DNA of 63,940 nt, the filler included. It is 6 parts of 6 records of this genome, joined end to end, with 100 filler letters (N's around TTAATTAATTAA, not from the genome) between each part and the next. Parts side by side here need not be neighbours in the genome. Positions count along the whole stretch, not along the records: positions 1 to 29,038 come from SRR20825010_1669; 5 more parts are not named here. One strand, given 5' to 3'. Below the pieces are notes generated by a model that saw nothing but the letters and a program-made list of their open reading frames with translations, made no database searches and had not been told where the DNA came from. The translations under genes and the position numbers were made by a program. Positions within the stretch are counted from its first letter, which is position 1. The number at the start of each line of letters is the position of its first letter. Below are positions 1 to 9,856 of the stretch, one piece after another.

Positions 1-30
1 CGGTGTCCTGGGCCACTAGACGAAGGGGAC
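1..30 (-). tRNA. tRNA-Glu, 5' part only (truncated at window start)
   Basis: Reverse complement of 1-30 is GTCCCCTTCGTCTAGTGGCCCAGGACACCG, nearly identical to the 5' acceptor strand/D-arm of gammaproteobacterial tRNA-Glu; the anticodon lies outside the window. Confidence 0.85.
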
Positions 31-63
31 CCGGGCTTGACTTGGTACGTCAAAGCGGCGCGT

Positions 64-92
64 AGAATAGGTATCTGCCGGGCAATCGTCAA
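64..92 (-). promoter_or_regulatory. sigma70 promoter of the tRNA gene
   Basis: Minus strand TTGACG - 17 nt - TATTCT followed by a GC-rich discriminator (ACGCGCCGC), typical of stable-RNA promoters. Confidence 0.7.
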
Positions 93-215
93 GGAAAAAT
101 TTTGTCGCAGACCATCATTGACCCGAAAAAGTCATGCTGCTCTAGTAATGACGCGCTATAACCCTGCCGATTCCATCAAATTGGCGAAAAAACATTCACT
201 TATCGGGAGAGAAGC

Positions 216-869
216 ATGTCCATTAAGTTGTACGGGGCCGCCCTGTCACCTTTCGTCCGCAAGACCCGGGTTGCTCTGGCACTGAAAGGGATCGAGTTCG
301 AATCTGTCCACATTGACCCTAACAACACGCCGGAGGGCTATGAAAAGATCAGCCCCATGAAACGGATTCCTGCGCTGGAAGTGGATGGCCAGTTCCTGGC
401 TGACTCCGCTGCCATTTGTGCCTGGATGGAAAAGACACATCCGGAGCCGGCGCTCTACCCCAGCGATGCCATGGAAATGGGACAAACCATCTGGTTTGAG
501 CGTTTCATCGATTATGACCTGGCCATGCGCTGTACTTTTGCTGTGTTCCGTAACCGCGTGGTCATGCGCTTGCTCGGTAAGGAATGCGATGAAGAAAAGG
601 TGCAGCATGCCTTGAGTACAACGATCCCGCCGCTGTTTGCCTACCTGGACAAGACACTGGACGGCCGTAAATTCCTGGTGGGCGACAGCATGACCGTTGC
701 CGATATTGCCCTGGCCAGCCAGATGGTCAATTTCCGCCATGGTGGCGAAACGATTGACCCGGCGACCTATCCAAACCTGGCCGCACACACTGAGCGCATG
801 CACGCTCTGGCGCCCTTCGCCCAAGCCATCGAGAAAGAAACCGGCTTTATCCAGAAAGTCATGGGGTGA
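216..869 (+). CDS. Glutathione S-transferase family protein
   Basis: SPFVRK N-terminal motif, P-x-x-R-IPAL, DS-x-AI, ADIA C-domain motif. Confidence 0.9.
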   Translation: MSIKLYGAALSPFVRKTRVALALKGIEFESVHIDPNNTPEGYEKISPMKRIPALEVDGQFLADSAAICAWMEKTHPEPALYPSDAMEMGQTIWFERFIDYDLAMRCTFAVFRNRVVMRLLGKECDEEKVQHALSTTIPPLFAYLDKTLDGRKFLVGDSMTVADIALASQMVNFRHGGETIDPATYPNLAAHTERMHALAPFAQAIEKETGFIQKVMG

Positions 870-870
870 A

Positions 871-1013
871 GCAATTAATAATTAATAACGACGCGTGAAA
901 GCGTATATAAACCTGCAACGCAAGAGGCCGCGCCCAAGCCATGGACGCGGCCTCTTGCGTTTCAAAAGCAGGAAACCTGGATCGCGCGTTATTCACTATT
1001 CATTATTCATTGC
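871..1013. repeat. Intergenic element with 7-nt-periodic inverted arms and a central 16-bp hairpin
   Basis: Left GC-AATTAAT-AATTAAT-AACGACGCG, right CGCGCGTT-ATTCACT-ATTCATT-ATTCATT-GC; perfect stem 917-932/946-961, probably a bidirectional terminator. Confidence 0.7.
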
Positions 1014-1505
1014 CTTTGCCTCCACTGTCACCAGCGCAGCCTTGCCGTTAGGTGCCACACGTACCACCGCCACCGCGCTATCGCGCAGCTGCCTCTCCAG
1101 CGCCAGTGCTTTTTCCTTGGGGGCAAACAACGCCTCAATGCCATACTTCACGGTATTGCCTGCGCTCCAGGGCTGGCCGGACACTCGACCCCGCAGGTAC
1201 AACCCGGTTTCCGGCTCAGTGGCCTGGGGCTCACCGCCCCGCCACAGCGCGTCATCAGACTGTTTTTCCAGAGGCAAATACACCACATCGCCCGGTCGCA
1301 AATCTGACGCTTTCAGGGTGCTGAAGTCATAGCCCAGGCGGGCATAATTGCCGCGAAACAGATCTCGCGGGTCCACCGGCCGGGTTTCCAGGCGAATTTC
1401 CTCACCGACCCACAATGGATAAACCCCACCGAGGAAGACCCCCGCCATCACCGCAACCTGTAACCCAAGGGCCACCATCAACCCCATCACATGACAGCGC
1501 TTCAT
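996..1505 (-). CDS. GDYXXLXY domain membrane-anchored protein
   Basis: PVDPRDLFRGNYARLGY motif after an N-terminal TM segment; coupled to the upstream DUF2157 gene as is usual. Confidence 0.85.
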   Translation of the reverse strand: MKRCHVMGLMVALGLQVAVMAGVFLGGVYPLWVGEEIRLETRPVDPRDLFRGNYARLGYDFSTLKASDLRPGDVVYLPLEKQSDDALWRGGEPQATEPETGLYLRGRVSGQPWSAGNTVKYGIEALFAPKEKALALERQLRDSAVAVVRVAPNGKAALVTVEAKAMNNE

Positions 1506-2851
1506 GATTGCCCCTCCCCGGCGGCGGCCTTGCTTGCCGCCTCCTGACTTTGTTGTCGCCGCCAGAAGCGGGCCGCGCCGTACAGCACCGCAGCGGCCAC
1601 CAGAAACATGGCCGCCGCCCCCAGATAGTCCCCGAACAGATCCAGATAACGCATCAGCGCCAGCAGCAGTATCAACACAATGCCGCTATAAAAGTATTGG
1701 GTCAGCCCGCGCTTGAGACCTTCCTGAATCAACACAATGGCGGACAACAGCGCCAGCAGATTCATCGCCACCACAAACAACCATGCCGCAGCCTCAACAT
1801 CCCCAAGCACCGTTTCAGCGCCCCCAAAGGCATGAATACCCAGCAGCAAAAAGGGCAACAGCATCACCACCAGGCGGGGGCCACTGGAGCCCAAACGACG
1901 AACGACCACCCACACAGACGCCAACATCGCCGCCAGCAACCCGGCCCACAACCCCGGATCGGCCAGCCCGACCAGCTCATGCAGATACCCTTCGGAAAAC
2001 TCCCTGAATGAGAACATTAGCAGCAACAGTAAATAGCCACGCAGTGACCACAGCCCCACCAGGCTGCCTGCACGTCGCAGATAATGAGCCTCGCTTTGCG
2101 CCGCCCAGTGACTGAAGGCATACAGTAACGCCAGCAAGCCCATGTTCAGGGACAGGTGACCGGCTTCAAAATCCGGGCCCCAGCCGTCACCGTACACCCA
2201 ACCGAGTAGCAGGTTCAGCCAGCTCACCAATACCGCAATAACAACCAGCAACAAGCCACCGGAATGCGCCCGCAAGGCAACGGCACCCGCCACGCCCAGA
2301 AACAGCACCATGGCCCAGGGCGGTGTGTATTGGCCTTGCGCGCCCATCCACAAAAACGCCACCGCCAGCATCAGCAAGGCAAGTAATCGGCTGCGCACCA
2401 GCCAGGCCATGGGTGCGACACCCAGCGCCCAGTAGAACAGGCCATCCGGGAAGTGCTCCCCCAGATGATAAATCTGCGCAATCAGCATGATCGAGGCGCC
2501 ATAACTAATGCCCCCCAGGAACAACCAGCCGCTGCCCTCGCCCTGCTTCACATGGCCCCGGATGCCGATCAGGTTCAGCGTAATGGTGGTGGCGATCAGC
2601 CCTAACATGCGTACCGCGCGGGGAATGTCTTCCCAGTTGGCAGAGACCAGCAACAATATAGCCAGGCCCACAAACAGCAGCGCCACGGTAACCAGCACCT
2701 TGTAGGCCAGTGAGCCGTCCGCATCGTCGTCCAGGTGGGTGTCATAGCGAGCCAGGATCCGGTTGCCCTGCTCCTCGCTGATATCCCCGTCGACCACCCA
2801 CTGGCGGCATTCGCTACGCAGCTCACGCCGCAATAAACCAAGAAGTTGCAT
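1502..2851 (-). CDS. DUF2157 domain integral membrane protein
   Basis: W-x-x-x-G-x-IS-x-EQ N-terminus, SANWEDIP and GASIMLIAQIYHL motifs, many TM helices; start chosen at MQLLGLL. Confidence 0.85.
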   Translation of the reverse strand: MQLLGLLRRELRSECRQWVVDGDISEEQGNRILARYDTHLDDDADGSLAYKVLVTVALLFVGLAILLLVSANWEDIPRAVRMLGLIATTITLNLIGIRGHVKQGEGSGWLFLGGISYGASIMLIAQIYHLGEHFPDGLFYWALGVAPMAWLVRSRLLALLMLAVAFLWMGAQGQYTPPWAMVLFLGVAGAVALRAHSGGLLLVVIAVLVSWLNLLLGWVYGDGWGPDFEAGHLSLNMGLLALLYAFSHWAAQSEAHYLRRAGSLVGLWSLRGYLLLLLMFSFREFSEGYLHELVGLADPGLWAGLLAAMLASVWVVVRRLGSSGPRLVVMLLPFLLLGIHAFGGAETVLGDVEAAAWLFVVAMNLLALLSAIVLIQEGLKRGLTQYFYSGIVLILLLALMRYLDLFGDYLGAAAMFLVAAAVLYGAARFWRRQQSQEAASKAAAGEGQS

Positions 2852-2974
2852 GCAAAATCCCTGTGCTTTTGTCCGATCAGACAGCAAGGTGGACGCAAAG
2901 GCAATCCATGCGGGTAACCGGGGATGTCACGGGGTGTTCAACAGGAAAGCGCAGACGAGCCTCAAAGGGACGGC

Positions 2975-3048
2975 AGTAACGAGGTACGGGTAACGAAAAC
3001 CGGTAACCGAACAGGCTTTTCGCAACGCGCACCTCGCTTCTCGTCACT
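2975..3048. repeat. Short 7-nt-periodic inverted-arm element
   Basis: AGTAACG-AGGTACG-GGTAACG ... CGCAACG-CGCACCT-CGCTTCT-CGTCACT. Confidence 0.5.
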
Positions 3049-3053
3049 GAGAC

Positions 3054-4541
3054 TCACACCGGCAAGCCAATGCGCTTGGCTTCCAGGCGTCGCAGGAATT
3101 CCAGCATCACCTGCCGGTACAGGTCTTCACCCAGCCAGGCATCTTCCACCCCCGCATCGATATTAGGATTGTCGTTCACTTCGATGACCACCACATCGTC
3201 GCCGGATTGCTTCAAGTCCACACCGTACAAGCCGTTGCCCATTAGCCGGGCCGCCTTCAGCGCGGCTTTGAGCACCTTGGGCGGCACCTCCTGCACCGGC
3301 AGCGTCCTGCTGTTGCCGGACGCGGTTTTGCCGCTGCTCTGGTGGTGGTAGATCTGCCAATGCCCCTTGCTCATGAAATACTGGCAAGCAAACAACGGGC
3401 GGTGGTTCAGCACACCAATACGCCAGTCGTAGTCGGTGTACATGAACGCCTGTGCCAACACCACCGAGGACTGTTTCAAATAACCGCGCAAGGCCTCAGC
3501 CAGCGCTTCACGGGTGGCCACCTTACTGATCCCCCGGGAAAAACTGCCATCCGGGATCTTCAGCACCATGGGCAGTTTCAGCTCCGCCACCAGCTGGTCG
3601 ATCTGGGCGTCATCGTCGCTGAACACAAACGCAGTCGGTGGCACCGGGACATTATTGGCGTGCATCAGCTCCGCCAGATAAATCTTGTTGGTGCAGCGCA
3701 AAATCGAACCCGGATCGTCGATCACCACCATGCCTTCCTGCTCCGCCTTGCGGGCAAACTGGTAGGTATGATGATCCAGCGCGGTGGTTTCACGAATAAA
3801 CAGGCCGTCGTATTCGCCAAGGCGTGTATAGGCATCGCGACCTACCAGATCCACCTTGATGCCCAGCTGCCGTCCTGCACGGATAAAACGCTTCAGGGCA
3901 GTCTTGTTGCTGGGTGGCAACGCCTCTTCATCGTTGACCAGCATGGCCAGCTCATAGCGGTCGCCACGGCGCCGGCGGGGGTTACGCCACACCCGGGCAT
4001 TGAATTGCTCCAGCGCGCGGGCAAAGGCATCTTCTTCTGCCCCTTTCAGCTGTTTCAGGGTCAGCGGTTTCAGTGCCTCGATAGCCCACTGCTCGCGGCG
4101 GCGAAAACCCACCTTCAGCAACGGACACGGTAACTGATCGAAAATCTGCCGTCCCAAATCTGCCAGGCCTTCCTGCTCGGTGTGACCGAAGAACAGCAGC
4201 AGGCTGAAATGGTCACTGCTACCCCCCTTGCGTTTCATGGCCTTGTCCAGCGCCGCTTCGAACTGGCCGAAATGCAGGCCATAGAGCGCCTTGCGGCTCA
4301 GATCATTCACCGTGCGCACAGAAGGCAACACACGCTGACCCCGAGCCTCTGCCAGCAACGAGCAATAGTAGCCCGGGCTCAGGTATTTATAGCTGCGGCA
4401 CAGGTTGATCACCTGCACTTTCTTGTCGGTACAGACCGGCTGCTGCGCTTGCAGGTAGTCCTTGGCAGACAACAAATGGCGGGCGGGATAGTAGGCGGCC
4501 CAGTCGGCGGGATCGTCTACCAGAATGATGACCTGACTCAT
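3054..4541 (-). CDS. RimK-family ATP-grasp ligase with N-terminal RLAN domain
   Basis: VINLCRSYKYLSPGYYCSLLAEARG (RLAN), KIPDGSFSRG, GLYGVDLK and IEVNDNPNID ATP-grasp motifs. Confidence 0.9.
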   Translation of the reverse strand: MSQVIILVDDPADWAAYYPARHLLSAKDYLQAQQPVCTDKKVQVINLCRSYKYLSPGYYCSLLAEARGQRVLPSVRTVNDLSRKALYGLHFGQFEAALDKAMKRKGGSSDHFSLLLFFGHTEQEGLADLGRQIFDQLPCPLLKVGFRRREQWAIEALKPLTLKQLKGAEEDAFARALEQFNARVWRNPRRRRGDRYELAMLVNDEEALPPSNKTALKRFIRAGRQLGIKVDLVGRDAYTRLGEYDGLFIRETTALDHHTYQFARKAEQEGMVVIDDPGSILRCTNKIYLAELMHANNVPVPPTAFVFSDDDAQIDQLVAELKLPMVLKIPDGSFSRGISKVATREALAEALRGYLKQSSVVLAQAFMYTDYDWRIGVLNHRPLFACQYFMSKGHWQIYHHQSSGKTASGNSRTLPVQEVPPKVLKAALKAARLMGNGLYGVDLKQSGDDVVVIEVNDNPNIDAGVEDAWLGEDLYRQVMLEFLRRLEAKRIGLPV

Positions 4542-4711
4542 GAAAAGCCCTGAACAAAGACGGCACCCGAAGCGGGGCCTGATAAGCGCAAATGTAGGGC
4601 CGGAACCGGGTTGTCAGCAAGAAAAAATTACGGGGTGAAACGAGGGGATCGGCAAACAGACGTGACGACCGTGAGATACCGGGCTTCGCGGCGCGAAACC
4701 CGGTCAGGGGT

Positions 4712-5203
4712 TTAATACCCGGAAGGAGTATATTCCTTCTCGCCGCCCTTAGGGTCAGCCTTGCTGGCGCCCGGGTGGCCGGCTTTTTCCAGTGCCTCCT
4801 GCACTTCCGGCGGCATGTAGGTTTCATCATGCTTGGCCAGCACTTCCTCGGCTTCAAAGCGAGTCCGGCTCACCAGCGTGCCATTGGCCACAATGCCCTG
4901 CCCTTCGCGAAACAGGTCCGGCAGGATGCCCTGATAATGCACGGTGAAACGCCCCTTGCCATCGGTAAGCCCGAAGGTAACGTCCAGGGTTTCCGGGTTA
5001 CGGATGACCGTACCGGGCTCCACCAGGCCACCCACACGCATCTGGGCATCCAGCGGGGCTTCCCCTGCGGCAATCTGCTGGGGGGTGTAGAACAGATTGA
5101 TGTTCTGACGCAGCGCATAAAACATCAGGCCGCAGGCAATGCCCAGCCCGATCAGAACGGCGAGTACCACCAAAAGACGCTGCTTACGTACCGGATTCAT
5201 CAT
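4712..5203 (-). CDS. ccmE: Cytochrome c maturation heme chaperone CcmE
   Basis: [10 protein letters not shown] and LAKHDETY heme-binding motif. Confidence 0.95.
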   Translation of the reverse strand: MMNPVRKQRLLVVLAVLIGLGIACGLMFYALRQNINLFYTPQQIAAGEAPLDAQMRVGGLVEPGTVIRNPETLDVTFGLTDGKGRFTVHYQGILPDLFREGQGIVANGTLVSRTRFEAEEVLAKHDETYMPPEVQEALEKAGHPGASKADPKGGEKEYTPSGY

Positions 5204-5438
5204 CTACCTCAGGTTTATGCTCAGTGTGTTGCTGGCGGCGTTGCTTCTCTTGAGCCTGTTGTTTTGCCATCGCCTCAAGTCGCCACTGCCGCGCCAGCGT
5301 TTGGCGCACCTGTCCCTGTCCGCGTATTGCCAGCACCATGCTAGCACCAATCAGGAGCGCGCTGATTCCGTAGGCGCTCCAGACATAAAAACCGTGTTTC
5401 CCCATGGCCAGAAAATCGGCAAAGCTGTCAAAGTACAT
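5184..5438 (-). CDS. ccmD: Heme exporter protein CcmD
   Basis: [25 protein letters not shown]-terminus; lies between ccmC and ccmE. Confidence 0.9.
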   Translation of the reverse strand: MYFDSFADFLAMGKHGFYVWSAYGISALLIGASMVLAIRGQGQVRQTLARQWRLEAMAKQQAQEKQRRQQHTEHKPEVDDESGT

Positions 5439-5439
5439 G

Positions 5440-6198
5440 CTATTGCCCCCCACCCTTCACCAGCTTGCGCACCCACTTGCTGCGCCGCTCGCGCCACACC
5501 ACTTCGGTGCGTGCGCGTACCAGTACATTGACCGCATACAGCAGCCAGGTTCCCAGCATGCTGATCAACAGCGGGTATTTCATGGCCGGGTTGATGGTGG
5601 ATTCTCCCACCAGTTTCAGAGTCGATCCCTGATGCAGGGTCTGCACCCATTCCACCGAATATTTCACGATGATCACATTGATCACCCCCACCATGGCCAG
5701 CAAACCGGCGGCACGGGCCGCCTGGCGCGGGTCGCGGATCACGTTTTGCAGGGCAATCACACCCACGTACATGAACAGCAGAATCAGCATGGAGGTCATA
5801 CGGGCATCCCATTGCCAGTAGGTGCCCCAGGTGGGCTTGCCCCACAGCGCACCGGTAGCCAGGGAAATTGCTGCCAGCGCCGCCCCGAAAGGCGCAATGG
5901 CCTTCATCATCACTTCGGCCATCTTCATTCGCCAGACCACAGCCACCAGACCCGCCACGCCCATGGCCACGTAGCCCATCAGCGCACCGCTGGACGCCGG
6001 CACATGAATAAAGATGATCCGGTAACTGTTGCCCTGCTGATAATCACTGGGGGCAAACGCCAGCCCCCAGACGATGCCCACGGTAAACACTAACAACGCG
6101 ATGGGCGTCAGCCACGGCAGTAGCGCAGAACTGAACGTATAGAAGTAACGCGGCGAACCGAGCATGTGGTACCAGCGTTTTATCGTTTGCCAAACCAT
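5440..6198 (-). CDS. ccmC: Heme exporter protein CcmC
   Basis: WWD-type motif WGKPTWGTYWQWDARMTS; conserved His in HVP and LHQ. Confidence 0.95.
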   Translation of the reverse strand: MVWQTIKRWYHMLGSPRYFYTFSSALLPWLTPIALLVFTVGIVWGLAFAPSDYQQGNSYRIIFIHVPASSGALMGYVAMGVAGLVAVVWRMKMAEVMMKAIAPFGAALAAISLATGALWGKPTWGTYWQWDARMTSMLILLFMYVGVIALQNVIRDPRQAARAAGLLAMVGVINVIIVKYSVEWVQTLHQGSTLKLVGESTINPAMKYPLLISMLGTWLLYAVNVLVRARTEVVWRERRSKWVRKLVKGGGQ

Positions 6199-6262
6199 TC
6201 AGACACCTACCTTCACCTAGCGACCTTCAATAACGCCCTCTTTCTCTTCAGGAAAGGTGCGC

Positions 6263-6931
6263 TTAATTCCCGGAACTGATCTTCAAACCTGCGGCCACCG
6301 CCAATGGTCCCAGGCTCACCGTCAGGGCCAGCAAAGCCCCAAGGATAGCCAGGATGCCATTCACCGCACCGCCATCGACTGCGGCACTGACCGCCCCGGC
6401 GCCAAAAATCAGCACCGGAATGTACAGCGGCAACACCAACACCGCCAACAGAATCCCCCCCCGATTCAGGCCCACGGTGAGCGCCGCACCGATGGCGCCG
6501 ATAATGGTCAGCGCCGGGGTCCCCAACAGCAAACTCAGCATCACTGTACCCAGCACCCCATCAGGCAGCTGCAGCATATGCGCCAGCACTGGGGAGATCA
6601 GCACCAGCGGCAAACCGGTCAGCAGCCAGTGCGCCAGCAGTTTGGCACTCACTGGCACCACCGCCATCACCGGCGCGGTGAGCAGCAATTCCAGCACGCC
6701 GCTTTCCTGGTCGCGCCGAAACAGGCCATCCAGCGACAGCATCACCGCCAGCAACGCCGCCACCCAGAGTACGCCGGGAGCCACCAGCGCCAGCAGTTCC
6801 GGTTTCGGCGAAATCGCCAACGGAAACAGGCTGATCACCATCACAAAGAAAAACAGCGGATTGATGATTTCTGCCGGGCTACGCCATAACACCAATAATT
6901 CCCGGACCAGGGCCGCACGAAATACGCTCAT
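6263..6931 (-). CDS. ccmB: Heme exporter permease CcmB
   Basis: PGVLWVAALLA, D-x-x-x-G-x-LE, LPLYIPVLIFG motifs; operon position. Confidence 0.95.
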   Translation of the reverse strand: MSVFRAALVRELLVLWRSPAEIINPLFFFVMVISLFPLAISPKPELLALVAPGVLWVAALLAVMLSLDGLFRRDQESGVLELLLTAPVMAVVPVSAKLLAHWLLTGLPLVLISPVLAHMLQLPDGVLGTVMLSLLLGTPALTIIGAIGAALTVGLNRGGILLAVLVLPLYIPVLIFGAGAVSAAVDGGAVNGILAILGALLALTVSLGPLAVAAGLKISSGN

Positions 6932-7581
6932 GGCTGCCCCCCTTCCGTCACTTCCGCCTGCCCGTGGGCCAGATGCAGTTGCCGCACGCCATCGCCAACC
7001 TGGTGATGGGAGGTATAGATCACCAACGCGCCAGCCTGGGCCGCCTGCTGGATCTGCTGGTCCAGCGCCGCCACCCCATCCTGATCGATGGCGGTATAAG
7101 GCTCATCCAGCACCCACACGGCCTTGTGCTCCAGCCACAGGCGCGCCAGCGCAATACGGCGCTTTTGCCCGGCGGACAAGTGCGCCGCCGGCACATCTTC
7201 AAAACCTTGCAAGCCCACCGCCGCCAACGCCGCCATGGGGTCGCCTCCCTGCTCGCTTAACGCGCAGGCGTAACGCAGATTCTCCAGTGGATTGAGCTCT
7301 TCACGTACCCCTGGCTGGTGACCCAGGTAGAGTAATTCCTGTTGCCATTGAGGTTGCCACCACTGGCATACGCCTTCATAGAAGCCGTGCAGCCCCACCA
7401 GAATGCGTAACAACGTGGTTTTGCCGGCACCGTTGGCGCCGGTGATCTGCCAGATTTCACCGGCCGATGCGGTCAAGCTCAAACCGCTGAACAACAGCCG
7501 GTCATCGCGCTCACAGCTAAGCTGCTCCAGCACAAGCCGGGGGGCGGTTTCGGCATCAGAATGGGTGGATGGCTGGCTCAA
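6928..7581 (-). CDS. ccmA: Heme ABC exporter ATP-binding protein CcmA
   Basis: GANGAGKTT Walker A, LSAGQKRR signature, WVLDEP; TTG start at 7581 chosen from upstream AGGGAG. Confidence 0.9.
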   Translation of the reverse strand: MSQPSTHSDAETAPRLVLEQLSCERDDRLLFSGLSLTASAGEIWQITGANGAGKTTLLRILVGLHGFYEGVCQWWQPQWQQELLYLGHQPGVREELNPLENLRYACALSEQGGDPMAALAAVGLQGFEDVPAAHLSAGQKRRIALARLWLEHKAVWVLDEPYTAIDQDGVAALDQQIQQAAQAGALVIYTSHHQVGDGVRQLHLAHGQAEVTEGGQP

Positions 7582-7691
7582 ATCGGGCTCCCTAAAACAG
7601 CGCCGAAGTATAGCACGACAGTTCAAAACGGGCTTGATCGCCAGCAAGAAGCCGATAGCCTGTAGGCGTTACCGTGCCAAAGGAGAGGTTT

Positions 7692-8267
7692 ATGTTCGTG
7701 TCCCACACTGCCCGCGTCACCGGCCTACTGGCCATCACCCTGATCAGCGGGGTCCTGGCCGCCTGTGGCGGCGACAAAAAACCCCTGGCTACGGTAGATC
7801 AGGTTGACCTGCAACGCTATGCCGGCACCTGGTATGAAATCGCCCGCCTGCCGCAATGGTTTCAGCGCGGCTGCTACGACTCCACCGCCACCTACAGCCC
7901 CAATGACGATGGCACTATCAAGGTGGTGAACCGTTGCCAGCGCGAAGGCGACGAAGCCAGTGAAGCCGAAGGCACCGCGCGCATTGTCCCCGATTCCGGC
8001 AATGCCAAGCTGAAAGTGCGCTTTGATAACTGGGTATCGAAACTGATTCCCACCATTACCGAAGGCAACTACTGGATAATCGCCCTGGATAAGGACTACC
8101 AGACGGTGGTGATCGGCGAACCCAGCCGCGAATATCTGTGGATACTGGCGCGCCAGCCGGAGCTCAACGATGACCAGTACCAGGCACTGGTGCAGGTGGC
8201 CGAGGACAAGGGCTTTCCGGTAGATCAGCTGGAACGCAACCGCACCCTGCGCCCCGGTAAGCCGTAA
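7692..8267 (+). CDS. blc: Outer-membrane lipocalin lipoprotein
   Basis: Lipobox LAAC, VDLQRYAGTWYEIAR lipocalin motif, YLWILAR. Confidence 0.9.
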   Translation: MFVSHTARVTGLLAITLISGVLAACGGDKKPLATVDQVDLQRYAGTWYEIARLPQWFQRGCYDSTATYSPNDDGTIKVVNRCQREGDEASEAEGTARIVPDSGNAKLKVRFDNWVSKLIPTITEGNYWIIALDKDYQTVVIGEPSREYLWILARQPELNDDQYQALVQVAEDKGFPVDQLERNRTLRPGKP

Positions 8268-8725
8268 TGGAACATCACGTCTATTTTGCCGTGTTCGGCT
8301 TCGACCACGACCCGCAACAACTGGACCTGTTACTGGGCCAGAATGCGGACGATTACTGGCGCGAAGGCGAGAACTACAGCGATGCCGCCCCCGAGGCACT
8401 GCGCAAGGAAAATCGCTGGATTCTCTCCAGCCAGCTGGACCATACCGCCAGCCACCGGGATCATTTTGAAAAGCTGCTCTACAAGCTGCAGCGCCTGGCG
8501 CCCCGACTTTCTGCGCTGGATAACCCCGACGCCGATAATCCCGAACCGGAGAACAGCGTGTGGGAAACGCATTACCGTTACGGCATCGGTGTGTCACAGT
8601 ACTTCTTTATGGACGACCCGGCGTTTTATCTGCCTGCCGACATCATCAACGGCTATCAAGCACTGGGTTTTGATATCAGCTTTGACCAACTGGGAATCGA
8701 CGGCAGCCATGGCAACGGAAATTGA
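8267..8725 (+). CDS. Hypothetical protein, DUF4279-like
   Basis: VYFAVFGFD-x-DP N-terminus and W-x-x-G / W-x-LSS pattern; overlaps both neighbours (coupled). Confidence 0.55.
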   Translation: MEHHVYFAVFGFDHDPQQLDLLLGQNADDYWREGENYSDAAPEALRKENRWILSSQLDHTASHRDHFEKLLYKLQRLAPRLSALDNPDADNPEPENSVWETHYRYGIGVSQYFFMDDPAFYLPADIINGYQALGFDISFDQLGIDGSHGNGN

Positions 8726-9176
8726 ACGCAAGTTTCAGGTCAATGACTTGACCATTATCAACACCCTGCCCGGGGAGCGACTTACCCAGGGCTACCTGAG
8801 CCATGACAAGAACGCCACCGTGCGAGTGCGCACCACCGGCGACACTGCCTGGTTAACCATCAAGGGCAAAACCGTGGGCGCCACCCGTAGTGAGTTCGAA
8901 TACCCCATTCCGGTGGCAGACGCGCGGCAGATGCTCACCGAGCTGTGTGGGGCCGGTGTCATTGATAAAACCCGCTACCGGTTGCCACAAGGCGATCTGT
9001 GCTGGGAAATTGATGTGTTTCACGGTGACAACGACGGACTGATCGTGGCAGAAATCGAACTACCCAGCGAAGCGACCGCCTTTGACAGACCCGCCTGGCT
9101 GGGAGAAGAAGTTACCGGCGACAGCCGCTATTATAACAGTGCGCTAAGCACCACACCCTACAAAAGCTGGCCGTAA
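8709..9176 (+). CDS. CYTH domain protein
   Basis: MATEIERKF (ExExK), QGYL, VRVR, EFEY, WEIDVF, AEIEL motifs. Confidence 0.92.
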   Translation: MATEIERKFQVNDLTIINTLPGERLTQGYLSHDKNATVRVRTTGDTAWLTIKGKTVGATRSEFEYPIPVADARQMLTELCGAGVIDKTRYRLPQGDLCWEIDVFHGDNDGLIVAEIELPSEATAFDRPAWLGEEVTGDSRYYNSALSTTPYKSWP

Positions 9177-9232
9177 TCACCGCCATCATTATCCAAAAAT
9201 ACAATCGGCAAGCACGAACACGGGGGACAGCA

Positions 9233-9856
9233 ATGGAATCCAACCTCTACCAGGCTCCGGCCAGCGAGATCATCGCACCGGAATCAGATCGGCCAGGCGT
9301 GGCGCTCTATGTGATCGCTCCCTGGAAATTCAATCTGCTTTTCTGGGCGACCCTGGGCATCTATGACGTCTACTGGAATTTCAGAAACTGGCAGAACCAG
9401 AAAGACATCCGGCAGAAAAAAGTGCAGCCCGTAGCACGTGCCCTGTTCAGCGTATTTTTCTTTGCCTCGCTGATGAAAACCATCAATAACGAAAGCAAGG
9501 GCACGACAAAACCCTTACCGGTCACCATCATGGCGACCCTGTATGTCCTCTCCTACCTGATCAGTACCGTGTCTGACCGGGCCGCCGCCAGTATGGAAAC
9601 CTTTGGCATTCTGGATCTGATTTCACTGGCGCTTCTCCCGGTCACCTGGGCCGTCCTGTTCAAGGCTCAAAAAGCCATCAACCTGTCCCAGGGGGATGAG
9701 CACGGCCTGCTCAATAACCGACTAACCCTCGCCAACGGTATCTGGATCTTGCTGGGCATCAGCCTGTGGGCGCTCATTTTGCTCGGCCTGGCCAGCGGTT
9801 ATTTTCCAGAGCAAACGGATACCTTTCTCTCCAGTCTGATAGAGACCGTGTCATGA
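9233..9856 (+). CDS. Hypothetical membrane protein
   Basis: N-terminal NLYQAP motif, TLGIY-x-x-YW and several TM segments; RBS GGGGA. Confidence 0.7.
   Translation: MESNLYQAPASEIIAPESDRPGVALYVIAPWKFNLLFWATLGIYDVYWNFRNWQNQKDIRQKKVQPVARALFSVFFFASLMKTINNESKGTTKPLPVTIMATLYVLSYLISTVSDRAAASMETFGILDLISLALLPVTWAVLFKAQKAINLSQGDEHGLLNNRLTLANGIWILLGISLWALILLGLASGYFPEQTDTFLSSLIETVS

Noticed and set aside
8286-8708. Long N-terminal extension of the CYTH ORF
   Set aside because: Overlaps the upstream gene in another frame; the family start is MATEIERKF at 8709.
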